From contig CAUYUJ010000224.1 of assembly GCA_963575745.1 (NCBI GenBank), positions 1 to 64,000 of the forward strand: DNA of 64,000 bases, given 5' to 3'. Positions 26,085 through 38,927 of the stretch are shown here, in pieces. Source of the stretch: Prorocentrum cordatum. Its lineage: Eukaryota. Every line of letters begins with the position of its first letter. Position 1 is the first letter of the stretch. The notes beneath the pieces were generated by a model. That model searched no databases. It saw only the letters and a list, made by a program, of their open reading frames with translations, and was not told the DNA's origin. Both the position numbers and the translations under genes were made by a program.

Positions 26085-26690
26085 CAATTACACATTATGG
26101 ATACCACTTTCCTCTCTCCCCTGACCCCGTCCGGAAGATATCCGGCCCTCTCCGCGTCCTGCGTTTACTACACACGGGTTTGGGTAATCGTGATTTTTAT
26201 TCTGGTTTTTTACCATCCGACTGTTTTCGGCATTTCAACCAAGTGTTTCCGCTGCAGCGCTGGCCTCAGTTTCGGATCGGCGCGTTGCTCCCGTCGTTCA
26301 CAATTGCGGTCCCGCCCCAACGCAGACCTCGTTTCTGGATCGTTTTTCCATCGTTGTTGCCCCCCTCATTTCCCCTCCTCCACCTTCCCCATGGTCCTCC
26401 TGATCCTCCCGCTCCTTACACTCTAGTTCCTGCTGCTGTTGTTCGTCCTCGTCCTCCTCTTTCCTTATCCTCCTCGTCCTCCTGCTCATCCTGCTGCTCA
26501 TCCGCAATCTCCTCATCCAATGTACGCAAATCATTTTTCTGATTGCGCATAGCATAACGGGGTCAAATTTGGACTTCCAAGCCCGCTATGACACGCGTCA
26601 GGGGGTAGAGAGAAAAAAGAACGCAGTGGGAAGGGATGAGTGGGACGGGTAAGATGTCAGATTTTGCGCGAACGCACCCAACTTGCCCTT
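26085..26690 (-). mobile_element. Inverted, diverged relative of the 18770-20395 element
   Basis: Shares the tctgac(a/g)tc(c/t)taccc start, gaggccagcgctgcagcgg and the gtggtat(t/c)cat...tgt(a/g)g end. Confidence 0.6.
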
Positions 26691-26791
26691 TCCCCTCCCC
26701 CTCCCCCTCCTCCCCCTCCCCCTCGTCCCCTTCACCTCCCCCCGCCTCCCTCCTCCCCTCCGAGGAGCGCGCCGCCCCCGGGGCAAGAGGC

Positions 26792-26965
26792 CTGGTGCCA
26801 CGCCGCCGCAGTGTAGAACGACGACATGGCGCCAGCGCCCGCTCAAGCCGGCGCCGCGCGCCATCCCGCCAGCGACCCCCCCCCACAGGGGCCCCGTGGG
26901 GCGGGCCGCTGGGGCCCCGCCCGCACCTCGAGCGCGCCTCGCGCCAACGAGGCGGCGGAATGTCC
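26792..26965 (-). CDS. Two candidate small exons: 26938-26965 (GHSAASLAR) and 26792-26841 (AGAGAMSSFYTAAAWHQ)
   Basis: AG acceptors and GC donors. Phases 0/1 and 1/0 bridge the 28173 and 20789 exons. The second acceptor is AG|C rather than the usual AG|G. Confidence 0.45.
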
Positions 26966-27229
26966 CTCGCGGGGACAGGAGGAAAGGGAGGGGGGGAGGG
27001 GGAGGAGAAGAAGGAGGAGAAGAAGAAGCAGGAGGAGGTGAAGTGGCAGGGGTGGCGGGGGGCGCTCTTCTCCTCCTCCTCCTCCTCCTCCTCCTCTCCT
27101 CCTCCTCCTCCACCTCCTCCTCCTCCTCCTCCTCCTCCTCCTCCTCCCCCTCCTCCTCCTGCTCCTCCTCCTCATCCTCCTCTTCCTCTTCCTCCTCCTC
27201 ATCCTCCTCGCCCAGTCGTTTCCTTATAA

Positions 27230-27962
27230 CGAATAACTCATCCCTGTCGCACCCCGAGGCCAGTCGGAAGGGCGGGCAGGGCGCTTCGCCTGAGACTTCC
27301 TTACCACTTATGCTCCTGGAAATTAATAATTGGCAACAAGTTTACAAATAGAGGGCGGGTGGTTTTCACAATGTGGCTCCCGCCTTTGCGCCGCGCACAT
27401 TCGTCTTCAAATATGTGCAAGAGATTCACGGATGGAGAGCGAGTAGTTTTCGAAATGTGGCTCTCGCCTGAGCGCCGCTGGTGATGGAGGGCGGGTCGTT
27501 TCAAAAAAATGATGTTCGACCCAGCGCCGCGCACATTCGTCTTACAAGCTGCAAGAGCTTCAGGGATTGAGGGCGCTTCAAATTCAAAATGTGGTTTTCG
27601 CCTTAGCGCCGCGCACGTTCATCTAAAAAGTTGCCAGGGCGTCATTGACTCTCACTGTTGAGATAGCCAGATCTGCGTTTTGGAAAAGATTCAGGATTGT
27701 CAGGGCGCAACAGTTATGTTGATTCTCGGTGCTGAAGTCCCAGGCATGGTGTTTTGGCACGATTCGCGACGCAGCAATCAAGTTAATTCGTCGCGTTGAA
27801 GTCCCGAGAATGGTGCTTGGCACATTTCAGGATTTTCCAACAGTTGTCCCCCAACGGGAAACTTCCCTCAGTGGAAACGAACCCCGTGTAGGGGCCTGTG
27901 AAAGGGAGCTTGGAGGAAGGGTTTATTCCAACATCGTTGATGATTATTGGATTTACACTTGT
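27230..27962 (+). mobile_element. (CCT)n-flanked non-coding element, family C
   Basis: Starts tccctgtcgcaccccgaggcc and ends ttccaacatcgttgatg...tttacac..gtcct-(CCT)n. Collinear with 43622-44457. Confidence 0.7.
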
Positions 27963-28172
27963 CCTTCTCCTCCTCCTCCTCCTTCTCCTCCTCCTCCTCC
28001 TCCTCCTCATGCCACCTCCTGCTCCTCCTCCTCCTCCTCCTCCTCCTCCTCTTCCTCCTCCTCCACCCCCTCCTCCTCCTCCTCCTCCTCCTCCTCCTCC
28101 TCCTCAGCGGAGGTGGCGATGAAGGGGGGGTGGACGTGGATGAGGTGGAGGAAGCGGTGGCGATGAGCAGGC

Positions 28173-28190
28173 CTGAAAGACATCGTCCGC
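28173..28190 (-). CDS. Candidate 18-nt micro-exon (ADDVFQ)
   Basis: CAG|G acceptor and CAG|GC donor, phase 0/0. Short enough to arise by chance. Confidence 0.4.
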
Positions 28191-28589
28191 CTGAGGACGT
28201 GGTGGACACGCGGCGGAGGAGGAGCAGCAGCAGCAGGTGGAGGTGCAGGGAGGCGGAGGACAAAGGAAGAAACCGGAGGAGAACACCTCACCCGACCACC
28301 GTGCCGACCAATTTTTCGGGCAGGCCTTTACCGTGCAGGGAAAGACCTCCGCGGCAGCATGCACTAACGAATATGGATGGCAGGGAAGACCCGAAGAAGC
28401 TAAATGAGATGGCCAAGAGAGAAAGATAATGCAGTGGCAATGAAAGAACACCGACACAACACACTGATGATCTTGTTTTGATACGTACCCTGATTGTTCC
28501 ACATCATCGGCTGTCGCCGCGTCGACAAAATGTCGAATTGTGCTGCGCCCTGGATGGGTACCGCAATTCTGAAGATCGTTTTCGGTGAT

Positions 28590-28895
28590 GCTCCCCATTG
28601 GGGCCACAAAACATGCGAGGAATGTGCCCAATAGGCGGCGAACCACATGGGACCCCTGCCACTGGGGCCTTCGGTGGAGCTCACTATACGGCCACGAAAC
28701 ATGTGAAGTGTGTGTGTGTGCCGAAATGAACGGGGAGCCGCATGCGAGGACGGCCACTGGGGCATTAGGTGGCAGGTGGAGCTAGCTGCATAAGAGGACC
28801 ACGACGTGTCAGAGGTGCACCGAAACCGACGGGAGGTCCCATGCGAGGACGGCTTCCGGGGCCTCAGGTGGGGCTCCGTATGGGGCCACGAAGCG
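28590..28895 (+). repeat. Degenerate copies of the 90-bp satellite unit
   Basis: gccactggggccttcggtggagctc and ggggccacgaa motifs. Confidence 0.75.
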
Positions 28896-29354
28896 TGTGC
28901 GTGTGTTGTGTAAGTGTTGTGTTGTGTGTGGTGTGTGTGTGCGAGTGTGTATGCGTGTGCGTGTGTGTGTGTGTGTGCGTGTGTGCGTGTGTGCGTGTGC
29001 GTGTGTGCGTGTGTGTGCGTGTGTGTGTGTGTATGTGTGTGCGTGTGCGTGTGTGTATGCGGGTGCGGGTGCGCGTGCGTGTGCGTGTGCGTGTGCGTGT
29101 GCGTGTGCGTGTGATTGTGCGTGTGCGTGTGCGTGTGCGTGTGCGTGTGCGTGTGCGTGTGTGTGTGCTTTTGCGTGTGTGCGTGTGCGTGTGTGTGTGC
29201 GTGTCCGAGTGCGTGTGTGCGATTGCGATGCGTGTGCGTGTGCGTGTGCGTGTGCGTGTGCGTGTGCGTGTGTGTGTGTGTGTTTTGTGTGTGCGTGTGT
29301 GGGTGTGTGAGGGTGTGTGTGGGTGTGTGTGTGGGTGTGTGTGTGTGTTCGCGC

Positions 29355-29386
<32 letters not shown>

Positions 29387-30178
29387 GTGCGTGTGTGTGT
29401 GTGTGCGTGTGTGCGTGCGTATGCGTGCGAGCGTGCGCGTGTGCGTGTGCGTGTGCGCGTGACGCGTGTGCGCGTGTGCGCGTGTGCGCGTGTGCGCGTG
29501 TGCGCGTGTGCGTGTGCGCGTGTGTGCGTGTGCGTGTGTGCGTGTGTGCGTGTGTGCGTGTGTGCGTGTGTGTGCGTGTGTGTGTGTGCGTGTTGGTGTG
29601 CGTGTGGTGTGCGTGTGTGTGCGCGTGTGTGTGTGTGCGTGTGCGTGTGCGTGTGCGTGTGCGTGTGCGTTGTTTTGTGTGTGTGTGTTTTGTGTGCGTG
29701 CGTGTGTGTGTGTGCGTGTGTATGTGCGCGTGTGCGTGCGTGCGTGCGTGCGTGTGTGCGTTGTGTGTGTGGATGTGTGTGGATGTGTGTGCGTGTATGG
29801 ATGTGTGGGTGTGTGGGTGTGTGGGTGTGTCGGTGTGTGTATGTGCGTGCGTGCGTGCGTGTGTGCGTGCGTGCGTGCGTGTGCCCGTGTCTGTGTCTGT
29901 GTCTGTGCCTGTGTCTGTATCTGTGTCTGTGTCTGTGCCTGTGTGGCTGTGTGTCTGTGTGCCTGATGTCTGTGTCTGGTGTCTGTTTGTCGGTTTTTCT
30001 GTGTCTGTGTGTCCGTGTGTGTGTGCGTGTGTGTGCGTGTGTATGCGTGATTGGGTGTGTGGGTGTGTGCGTGTGTGTGTGTTGTGTGTATTGTGCGTGT
30101 GCGTATGCGTGTGCGTGTGGGTGTGTGGGTGTGTGCGTGTGTGTATTGTGTGTTGTGAGTGTTGTGCGTGTGTGTGCC
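28895..30178. repeat. Compound (GT)n/(GTGCGT)n microsatellite, about 1.3 kb
   Basis: Direct reading. Confidence 0.97.
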
Positions 30179-30239
30179 AGAGGACCACGGCGTCCGACGG
30201 ACCCCTTCGTGCCGACCCCGACGGCGGCCCACAAGGCAC

Positions 30240-30290
30240 CTGCCTCTGCAGCTCCCGCTCGGTGGGCGCGCGCTGCTTCCCCTGGTCGAC
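30240..30290 (-). CDS. Candidate exon (VDQGKQRAPTERELQRQ)
   Basis: 51 nt, CAG|G acceptor and CAG|GT donor, all third positions G/C. Confidence 0.55.
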
Positions 30291-31482
30291 CTGCGGGTTC
30301 GGGTCCCTAGGGTTGGAGGGCCAAGTCCACCTGCCATCAGGGGCCGATGCCAGACACTGACACCGAATCTAGCCACAAGCGTCTACGGATACCCTGGATG
30401 CTGTTACGTACGTAAACACATTCGGGGTAGATCGGCCGTTGCGTTCGACGTAGCACAATGTGGGAGGAAGGGTAGATCCGCCTGCAGTATGTCCCTGTTC
30501 TAGGGCAGGCCCCACTTGGCACTCCAATCCCCAGGAGGCCTGGGCGCTACCCGCCCCCGTGCCGCGCCAGCGCGTGACGGCCTCGTCTTGGATAAAAAAG
30601 GAAAGCTGAAGGGTGGAGAACGAAAAAAACTGCATACATCAGAGGCAACGATAGGGGTGAATAGCCCAGGGGAGCGCAATACATGTATCCAAGGGCTCCG
30701 ATGATTCATGTTTTCGGCGAGGCCCCTGGAGAGATATGTGTAATGCCCGCCCCTGGGCTATTCGCCCTTATCGTCGCCTCCGAATAGACATAAACTTTTG
30801 ACGATCCCAGCGCGTATCCAGGAGATCTGCGCGAACCTACGACAGTGTATGTTTATGCCGTCTCTGCGATTCATGAGCAGAATGGCCGCGAGATGAAGTC
30901 GCCTGTCCTCAACGTGGGTGTCCAAACTACTCCACGGCATCACGAACAGCAAAACTGAACAGATATGCGAAAGCACCAACGCTGAACCACGCTGTGGAAT
31001 CGCCCATTCCAGAAGAGCAATGGCAGCCGCGAGGGGAGCAGGAAGAGAAGGAGGAGGAGGACGAGCCGGAGGAGACAAGCCGAAAGCATGGAGCAGCGCT
31101 CAAGCCAACCCGTCATGGGTGAGCTGTCGCTCGCATTCACAGCATGCGAAAGGGGGAGAAGTGCCGATCTGTACACCTCCTATGGCCCAGATGGCCATGT
31201 CGATCTCCGCTGCCAGGGGTATGCACAAGCTGCCGGGGTGCTTCGATTTAATGCGTGGCCCCAGAGGTCCCAACCGCTTGCCCAATATCTGCTGTTGCCC
31301 CAGATCCAGTGTTGATGATCCCGAGGCCCGATCATGGTCCCCAAAATCAGAAAGCAACAAAAAAAATATTACAAAAACAATTCATCGTCGAACATGCGGG
31401 ATCGCAGGGGTCGCCAGAACTCTCGGAACAGCCACACATCGCGGGGCCCCGTCATCTATAATCAAAAACACACAGGTGTGTG

Positions 31483-31534
<52 letters not shown>

Positions 31535-31923
31535 AATATATACATATATACATATATGTGTATGCATATTATATATATGAAAAACACACACACACCTACA
31601 TACATATACATAGACGTACACACATATTATATGTAACACCACACAAAACCGTGTTTGACTGAGCCCAAACAAACATTAGATTGCATATCAGAGTAAGGGG
31701 GCCGAACTGTCACTCATTGTTCGTGAGTGCGTGGCTGAAGTGGGAATCCGTAGTGAGGATTATGTTTCTTGCGTTGTGATTGCTGTTGAATGTAAACTAC
31801 TAAGCAATGATTATTGTTGAACCCCTCCAGGCGCCTTGGCGCTCTCACCTTGGCGCCGGCTACAGTTTCATTGAAAAAGAGGCTCACGCTCGAGCGGCTT
31901 GGGGGCGCCAAAACCGGCCCCCC

Positions 31924-31984
<61 letters not shown>

Positions 31985-32014
31985 CCACCACCAACAACAA
32001 CAACAACAACCATA

Positions 32015-33000
32015 ATGTTAATACTGCTCGCCCTTATATGCTCGAGTGTCCAATAGCGCGTATGTCCCAAACCCTCGATACCCGCCCTCTTCGTCTTCGA
32101 TCGAACCCCTTTGGGGGAATAGACCTTTCTTCCCTGCAGGCCGGGCCCCGGCAAGCGGCGGGGCGGCCGCGGACCGTCGGCCTGGCCAGCGGCAGCGCTG
32201 ATCAGCGGGGCGGCCGCGGACCGTCGACACGACCCCAAGAGGGACGGACAGGGGACCGACCACGGCGACGACGACGACGACGCCGAAGACGACGGCGACG
32301 ACGACGACGGCGACGACGAGCGAAAGCGAGAGCGAGAGTGAACGACAGCAGGGCCACGAAGGACACGAAGTAGGCCACGAAGGGCGACAGCGGGGACACG
32401 AAGGGAATGCGAATGGGGCCACGAAGAGCGCGAACGAGCGGGGGCCACGAAGTGCAGATAATGCGGAGCCACAGAAGGCAACTATGGGGCCACTGATGCT
32501 AGCAACTGGGCCACGTAGGACAGTGAGGGGGACACAAATGGCGACAGCGGGGCCACGAAGGGCATGCACATGGGGCCACAACGGGCGCGACTCCTGGGTG
32601 CCTGGGTGTCGGGAACGCGGCGCTTGGGCAAATTGCAAGAAATTCCAAGGCAAGGCCATTCTTCAATAAGTTGCAAGCAAGTCTCCAGCGGAAGCGCGAC
32701 TCCAGAGCGCCGGGAGAGCGATTCCTGAATAAATTGCAAGGAAGTCCCAAGCGAGAGCGCGATTCCTGAATAAAATGCGAGGAAATCTCGCGCGGGAGCG
32801 GGGGTCCTGGCTAAATTGTAAGGAAGTCTCAAGCGGGAGCCGTTGTTGTTGTAACCCGGGGGCCAGGGGCCCAGTTTGAGCAGGAAGACTTTCCCTGTCA
32901 AAAACAGGGTGCAAGCGTCGAGGGGCACACTTTGATTGAGAAAATCAGTATGCACCGGTGGGGGGGATCAACAATAATTATTCTTCAGAAGTCAGAACTC
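32015..33000. mobile_element. Family B copy, near-duplicate of 5820-6812
   Basis: Collinear over about 1 kb, with (CAA)n on the left. Confidence 0.8.
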
Positions 33001-33399
33001 AAGAACGCTCCCGTTCGAGACTTCCTCTTTTTTTACTCAAGGCCAGTGCTCTTGCTCGCCGCCGAAGACTGCCGTCCCAACCAAACCAGCGCTACCGCTC
33101 TGGACTTCCTTCCGTTTTGATTTGGACTGGCGCGCTACTCTTTCTCTCATCGGCGCCGTCCCCAGCAACAACAACGCTCCCGCTCGAGACTTCCGCAATG
33201 TTTTATTCAAGGCGGCGCTCCTCCTCGCCGCCGAAAACCGCCGACCCATGGGCTTACTATAACAAACTGTTTTCTACAATGTGTCGCGCGCTGGCGGTTA
33301 GGAATTGCATGCTCGTTTGACGCACATGACCCACATGGACATACTAGATTGGCGGAGGGATTCGGAGGGAGATTACATACGCGACTTGAAGAAATGGTG

Positions 33400-33965
33400 G
33401 GCGTGTGACGTCAAGTATTTCAGGAGGCTGGGGGTCATGTGCCGGACAAGAATGTCGAGAGGCTCCTAAACAGAACGAATGTACCAGCACCACCACATAC
33501 GAAGACTGGACCTCGTAGTTCCTGGGCTGAACATCGATCCTGGTTTACCGTTGTTTTGCGACGCCACCGTGCTCAGTCCCATTACACGAACAGGGCAACC
33601 ACGGCCAGGCACAAGCAATAAATGTGGCACTTTGCCTTCTCGGGCCGAACGCGACAACAACACAACATATCATGAAGTGACTGAATATGGCTTAGGTTCC
33701 CTATACTGTTTCGGTGCCGAAAATGTTGGGAGATGGGGGAGGGGCAAAACATCCGGTCGGTACCAGGATTAGCCCGTGACCAGTGAAGGGGTCTTAACGT
33801 CAAGATCCGGAAAGGGGCGAATTCGAGTCTGCAACACAGGTGGTGGGGGCTCTTGGGGATAATCCTGCAACCTGCAGTGGCCCGGGCTGTTTTGCGAGAG
33901 TAGGCCGATATCCTTACTGTGCAGCTGGAGCCCACACCCATGGTCGCAGATCTTGAAATCGTCTA
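33400..33965 (+). pseudogene. Decayed C-terminus of a CRE-like non-LTR retrotransposon (restriction-like endonuclease)
   Basis: Across frameshifts: VFQEAGGHVPDKNVER, RRLDLVVPG...LFCDATVLSP, CFGAENVGRWG, RWWGLLGIILQPAVARAVL. These fit the RLE layout R-x-D...D-x-T...E-x-x-GRW. Confidence 0.7.
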
Positions 33966-34536
33966 GCGTCCTTTCCTCGTCTTGCTCCTCTTTCTCCTCG
34001 TCCTCCTCCTCCTCCTCCTCGACCTCCTCTTCCTCCTCCCCCCCTCCTCTTCCTCCTCCTCCTCCTCCTCCTCCTTTTTTCCCCTCTTTTCCCCCCCCTA
34101 TTCCTCCCTCTTCCCCCTTCAACCTCCTCCTCTTCTCCTTCCCCCCTCCTCCCTCTCCCGTCCCTTTGTCGTCCCTCCTCATCCCTCCTCTTCCTCCCTA
34201 ATTTCCCTTTTCGTATCCCTTGTATCCCCCCACCTCCTGTGCCCCCCCCCCCTTCCCCCCTTTCCCCTTCCGTCCTCCCTCGTCGCCCCCGCATGACAGT
34301 TCCTCACCTTTCACTCAAGACTGGGGCCCTCGTTTCGGCATCGCCTCTGGGGGGCATCCTACAGTCCCCGTTGAACCTTCACTGTGGAGGGGGAGGAGAG
34401 GGGAGGGGGGGGAGGAGAAGGCGGACGGATGCCTTCCAGGAGCTCCTAGGATCGAGGGTCGAAGGGTTGACAGCAGGGATTCCTTGAGAGGGTGTGGAGG
34501 GGCAGGTGGAGGATGCGAGCATTGGAGCGGCAGCGC

Positions 34537-34622
34537 CTGGGGGCGTGAACGTTCAGGGCCACGCGCCGAGACTGGAGGATGGTGGCGTAGGAGTTCGAAC
34601 GAGGAGTAAGAGCCACCTCGTC
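34537..34622 (-). CDS. Candidate exon (DEVALTPRSNSYATILQSRRVALNVHAPR)
   Basis: GAG|G acceptor and AG|GC donor. Unique island between purine and pyrimidine tracts. Confidence 0.35.
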
Positions 34623-34829
34623 CTCGGACGTACTGCTACTACAACTACTCCCTCCCCACCCCTCCCCCTCATCCACCCTCTTCTTCCTCTCCCTCATTCT
34701 CTCCCTCATCATCCCTCCCCTCCTCGTCCTCCCTCCTCCTCCGAGATGCGGGGCGTGCGCAAGGCGATTGCGATGGCGATGTGCCGTCCCACGTGTTTGA
34801 CCATGTTTATAACAAGCTACCCAAACAGG

Positions 34830-36425
34830 CTTAGCGCGCGCGCATGTCAAAACCGTTCGGACGCCTTTTTCGCGCGCGCTGGGGTGGCACGACCCGCGTC
34901 AAATAACACCATGCGGGCTACTCTCGCGCGCCTGCCGCGCGCGCATGTCGAATTCCTTCCAAAACCTTCATCACCGGCGAGAAGACACAGTCCTCGTCAT
35001 CGGCGCTATCAGCATCGGCGCCGTCACTGGCGGCTGCCCCGTCGTCGCTGTCAGCATCGTCACCAACATCGTTCCTACCATCATCGTGTCTACCGCTGTC
35101 GACGTTGCCATGATACCGCGCCCGCCCAAGACGCCGACTCGCACTGAAGTGCCCGCAGGGATGTGCCGAGCGGTCAGCGCCACCGCGTTCGTGTCGGTCG
35201 CGCCAAACTAGCTGGCCGCTGCGCGCGCGAGCATGCGCGGGTCAGTGCGGCCGCAGAGATGCACCAGCCAACACCAAGCACTCATTGCAATCGTTTCCGA
35301 ATGTGTTATGCAAACCCAGATGCGGGTGGGTCGACAACTTCAAGTTCGGCAAGGTGAATTGCACCACATAGCTTCTTCTTTCTCATAAGAGACTAGACTC
35401 TACCCCCCCCGCCGGATTATCGGTTCCCTTTGTTCGTATTGAAATTTACACACGATGATGCCCCATTGCCCATCCCAAGTATGAGTTCATACCATCCAGC
35501 AAAGCCGACATCGGCCCCCCCGCCACCCCCTGCAACAAACTCTTTGCGCGCGCACTCGCTCATCAAAAATATAAGTTGTCAAGAACCCCTTGCAAAAAAA
35601 AAGAGAGAGAGAGAGAGTAAACAAAAAAGAGACGAGACGAAATACACCCGCGCGTGTCGTCGAGCGCATGCCATAACCTTTCAAAACCGTCCGTCGGCTG
35701 CGTCAAAATTTCAAAACCGAGTGTCCAATAGACCTAAAAAAACACAGGGTTTCGCAACACGGGTTCTCAAACAGAAAACTTGCGCGCTCATGCTTTCAAA
35801 AAACCATTGGTTCTTCAATTGTTTACCTAAAATGTTACATACCAACCCGGGTTCGCGCGCGCATATCAGAATCGTTCGAACGCCCTTTGCGCGCATGCTG
35901 TGGTGGCACGACCAGCGTCAAATAACACCATGCGGGCCACTCTCGCGCGCCTGCCGTGCGCGCGCATGTCGAACTCCTTCCAAAACCTTCATCACCGACG
36001 CGAACACGCCGTTATCGTCGCCGGCATTATAAGCATCGGCGCCGTCACTGGCTGCCCCGTCGTCGCTGTCAGCATCGTCACCAACATCGTTCCTATCATA
36101 ATCGTGTCTACCGCTGTCGACGTTGCCATGATACCGCGCCCGCCCAAGACGCCGACTCGCACTGAAGTGCCCGCTGGGATGTGCCGAGCGGTCAGCGCCA
36201 CCGTGTTCGCGTCGGTCGCGCCAAACTAGCTGGCCGCTGCGCGCGCGAGCATGCGCGGGTCAGTGCGGCCGCAGAGATGCTCCAGCCAACACCAAGCACT
36301 CGTCGCAATAGCTTCCGCATGGATTTTGCAAACCAAGATGCGGGTGGGTGGGTGGGATGATTGCTCGAGCAGTGGAGTCGACGACTTCAAGTTCGGCAAG
36401 GTGACTTGCACCGCATAGCTTGCAA
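34830..36425. repeat. Direct duplication of about 550 bp (34830-35372 and 35855-36422) related to the inverted family A internal module
   Basis: Near-identical translations in the ORF track. aaataacaccatgcggg is the reverse complement of a variant of family A cccgcatggtattattt. Confidence 0.85.
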
Positions 36426-36599
36426 GCACTACGCAATTTGCTCCATTCACATTGCACAACATAGGTTCCTAACTAGCACCCTAACTCATCTAAATTAAAC
36501 AAAGATCTCTTTTTCATATTATATATATATATATGCTCCCACGCGCCCCCGCCTTCTCCCCCCAGCTGCCACGGCGGTCGTTGTTGTCCCCCTCCCCGC

Positions 36600-36860
36600 C
36601 CATCCCCTCACGGCGGCGACGCCAAGGGGGGAAGTGAGAGGGGGTAGGCCTTCTCAGAAGGCAGCGGGGCTTCTCAGAAGCCCTCCGGCCGTCTGAGAAG
36701 CCGTCTCCGTTTTCGGAGAAGGCCTGCAATGCTTCCCAGAAGGCCGGAGGCCTTCTGAGTCTTCTGAGAAGTTCCACCCCCGTCGCCTTCCCCCCTGGAC
36801 GCGCCGCCAGCGCTCCCCAGCCAGATGTTAATGTTTTTTTTTCTGGCGGTCGAAAAAGTT
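36600..36860. mobile_element. Family D element rich in CCTTCT(C/G)AGAAGG quasi-palindromes; other copies at 47230-47490 and 60960-61330
   Basis: All three loci share cttctcagaag/cttctgagaag motifs and a similar flanking segment. Confidence 0.6.
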
Positions 36861-37029
36861 TTCCAGCCTCGGGATGCTCTCCAGCAGCTGCGCCTCGCCG
36901 AGGAGCGCCTCGGGGGTGCCCGAACTGTCTCGAACGGCCCCTGGGGGCATCAGAATCGGCCTGAAACAGTGGACACTCCCAGACCTCCAACGCTTAAACA
37001 GTTTCCTTGCGAAGGACCAAGCCATATGC

Positions 37030-38481
37030 AGTGATGCGCACCGCGTTGTGGGTACTACTTTCGGTGGAGCTCCCCATGGAGCCACGAAACGCATGATCGG
37101 TGTGACGCAATGGATGGGGGAGACGCATGCGGCCGCGGCTTCTGGGGCCTTCGGTGGAACCCCCTCTGGGGCCACGAAGCGCTGCCTTGTGTGGAAATCC
37201 CTATGGGGCCACGAAGCGTTGTACTGGGTGGGGGGGGCGCATGCGGCCGCGGCCACTGGACCTTCTTGGTGGAATCCCTGTTGGGGCCACCAAGCGCTGT
37301 AGTGGGTGAGGGAGACGCATGCGGCCGCGGACACTGGGGCCTTCGGTGGAGCTCCCTAAATCGCCACGAATCGCTGTGTTGAATGGGGGGGGCGCATCGG
37401 CCGCGGCCATTGGGGCCTTCGGTGGAGTTCCAACTGGGGCCACGAAGCAATGTACTATGTGAGGGAGGCGCCTGCGGCCGCGGCCACTGGGGCCTTCAGA
37501 AAGGTTCCCTATGGGGCCACGACGCGCTGAACTGAGTGAGGGAGGCGACTGCGGCCGCGGCCACTGGGGCCTTTGGGCGGAATTCCCTATAGGGCCACGA
37601 AACTCCGTACTGGGCGGGGGGGGCGGATGCGAACACCGCCTTTGGGGCTTTCGGAGGAGATCCCTATGGGACCACGAAGCGCTGCACCGGGTGAAGGGAC
37701 GCGCGCAGCCGCGGCCACTGGGGCCCTATGAGGCCACGAAGCGCTGTGTTGGGCGGGGGGCGACGCATGTGAACGTCGCCTCCGGGGCCTTCGGTGGAGC
37801 CCCTTTTTTATAGGGCAGCGAAACGCGTGAGGGGTGTGCCGATCTGGCTGGCATGCGGGAAGCAAAAGCAGGGATGGGAGGAGGGAGGTGAGGAGAGGAG
37901 AGGAGAGGAGAGGAGAGGAGAGGAGAGGAGAGGAGAGGAGGAGAGGAGAGGAGAGGAGAGGAGAGGAGAGGAGAGAAGAGAGGAGAGGAGAGAGAGGAGA
38001 GAGGAGAGAGAGAGAGAGAGGAGGAGAGAGAGGAGAGAGAGAGGAGAGAGAGAGAGAGAGAGAGAGGAGAGGAGAGGAGAGGAGAGGAGAGGAGAGAAAA
38101 GGAGAGGAGAGGAGAGGAGAGGAGAGGAGAGGAGAGGATAGGAGAGGAGAGGGAGAGGAGAGAGGAGGGAGAGAGAGAGAGGAGAAGAGAGGAGGAGGAG
38201 AGGAGAGAGTAGGAGAGAGAGAGAGAGAGGAGAGGAGAGAGAGAGGAGAGGAGAGGAGAGAGGAGAGGGAGGAGGAGAGGAGAGGAGAGGAAGAGGAGAG
38301 GGAGGGAGGAGAGGGAGAGAGGAGAGAGGGGAGAGGAGGAGAGGAGAGGAGAGGAGAGGAGGAGAGAGGGGAGGAGAGGAGAGAAGAGGAGAGGAGAGGA
38401 GAGGAGAGGAGAGGAGAGGAGTGACGCGGGGCGTTATCTTGTCAAAACGAGGGCCCAACACCGCAGGATGGTTGGGAAAAC
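37030..38481 (+). mobile_element. Degenerate 90-bp-family array, (GAGAG)n tract and conserved tail
   Basis: Same architecture and tail (caaaacgagg.cccaacacc.caggatggttgggaaaa) as 23150-25247. Confidence 0.75.
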
Positions 38482-38927
38482 GATGTGGAAATTGATCGCC
38501 GTTGTCGGCGGGGCCTTCGCAGGGCCTTTGGGCCATCTAAATGTGGCTTGGGATGAAAAGTCATATCTGGGGGAAGTCGACGGAACTTTTGAGGGGCGCA
38601 TTGAAAAATTATTCCGGCAAAGCAACCTAACAGCGATGTGTATATCTGGAAGCATTCCCCTTAAGATTCAGGTGAGAATCCAGTTGTAGACTTCTGCTGT
38701 TCTCGCAATCGCAGTCGCATTCGCAATGACAGTCGCAGTGGCAACGGCCTTAGGATCCAATGGAATCCTAAGGATTCCTAGAAAGTCATAGGGCATCCTT
38801 AGGCATCCTTAGTAAGTCATAGGAATCCTTAGGAATCCATAGGAACCCTTGGAATCCTGATTCCTAGGGATTCCTATGGATTCCTAAGGATTCCTAGGGA
38901 ATCCTAAGGATTCCGTCCGAAGGATTC

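Noticed and set aside
28400..30376. Long His/Thr or Val/Cys ORFs
   Set aside because: Translations of (GT)n microsatellite.
30760..31440. Possible decayed LINE RT-thumb fragment (LGTMIGP, SVLLFV) on the minus strand
   Set aside because: The motifs are too short and broken to support a call.
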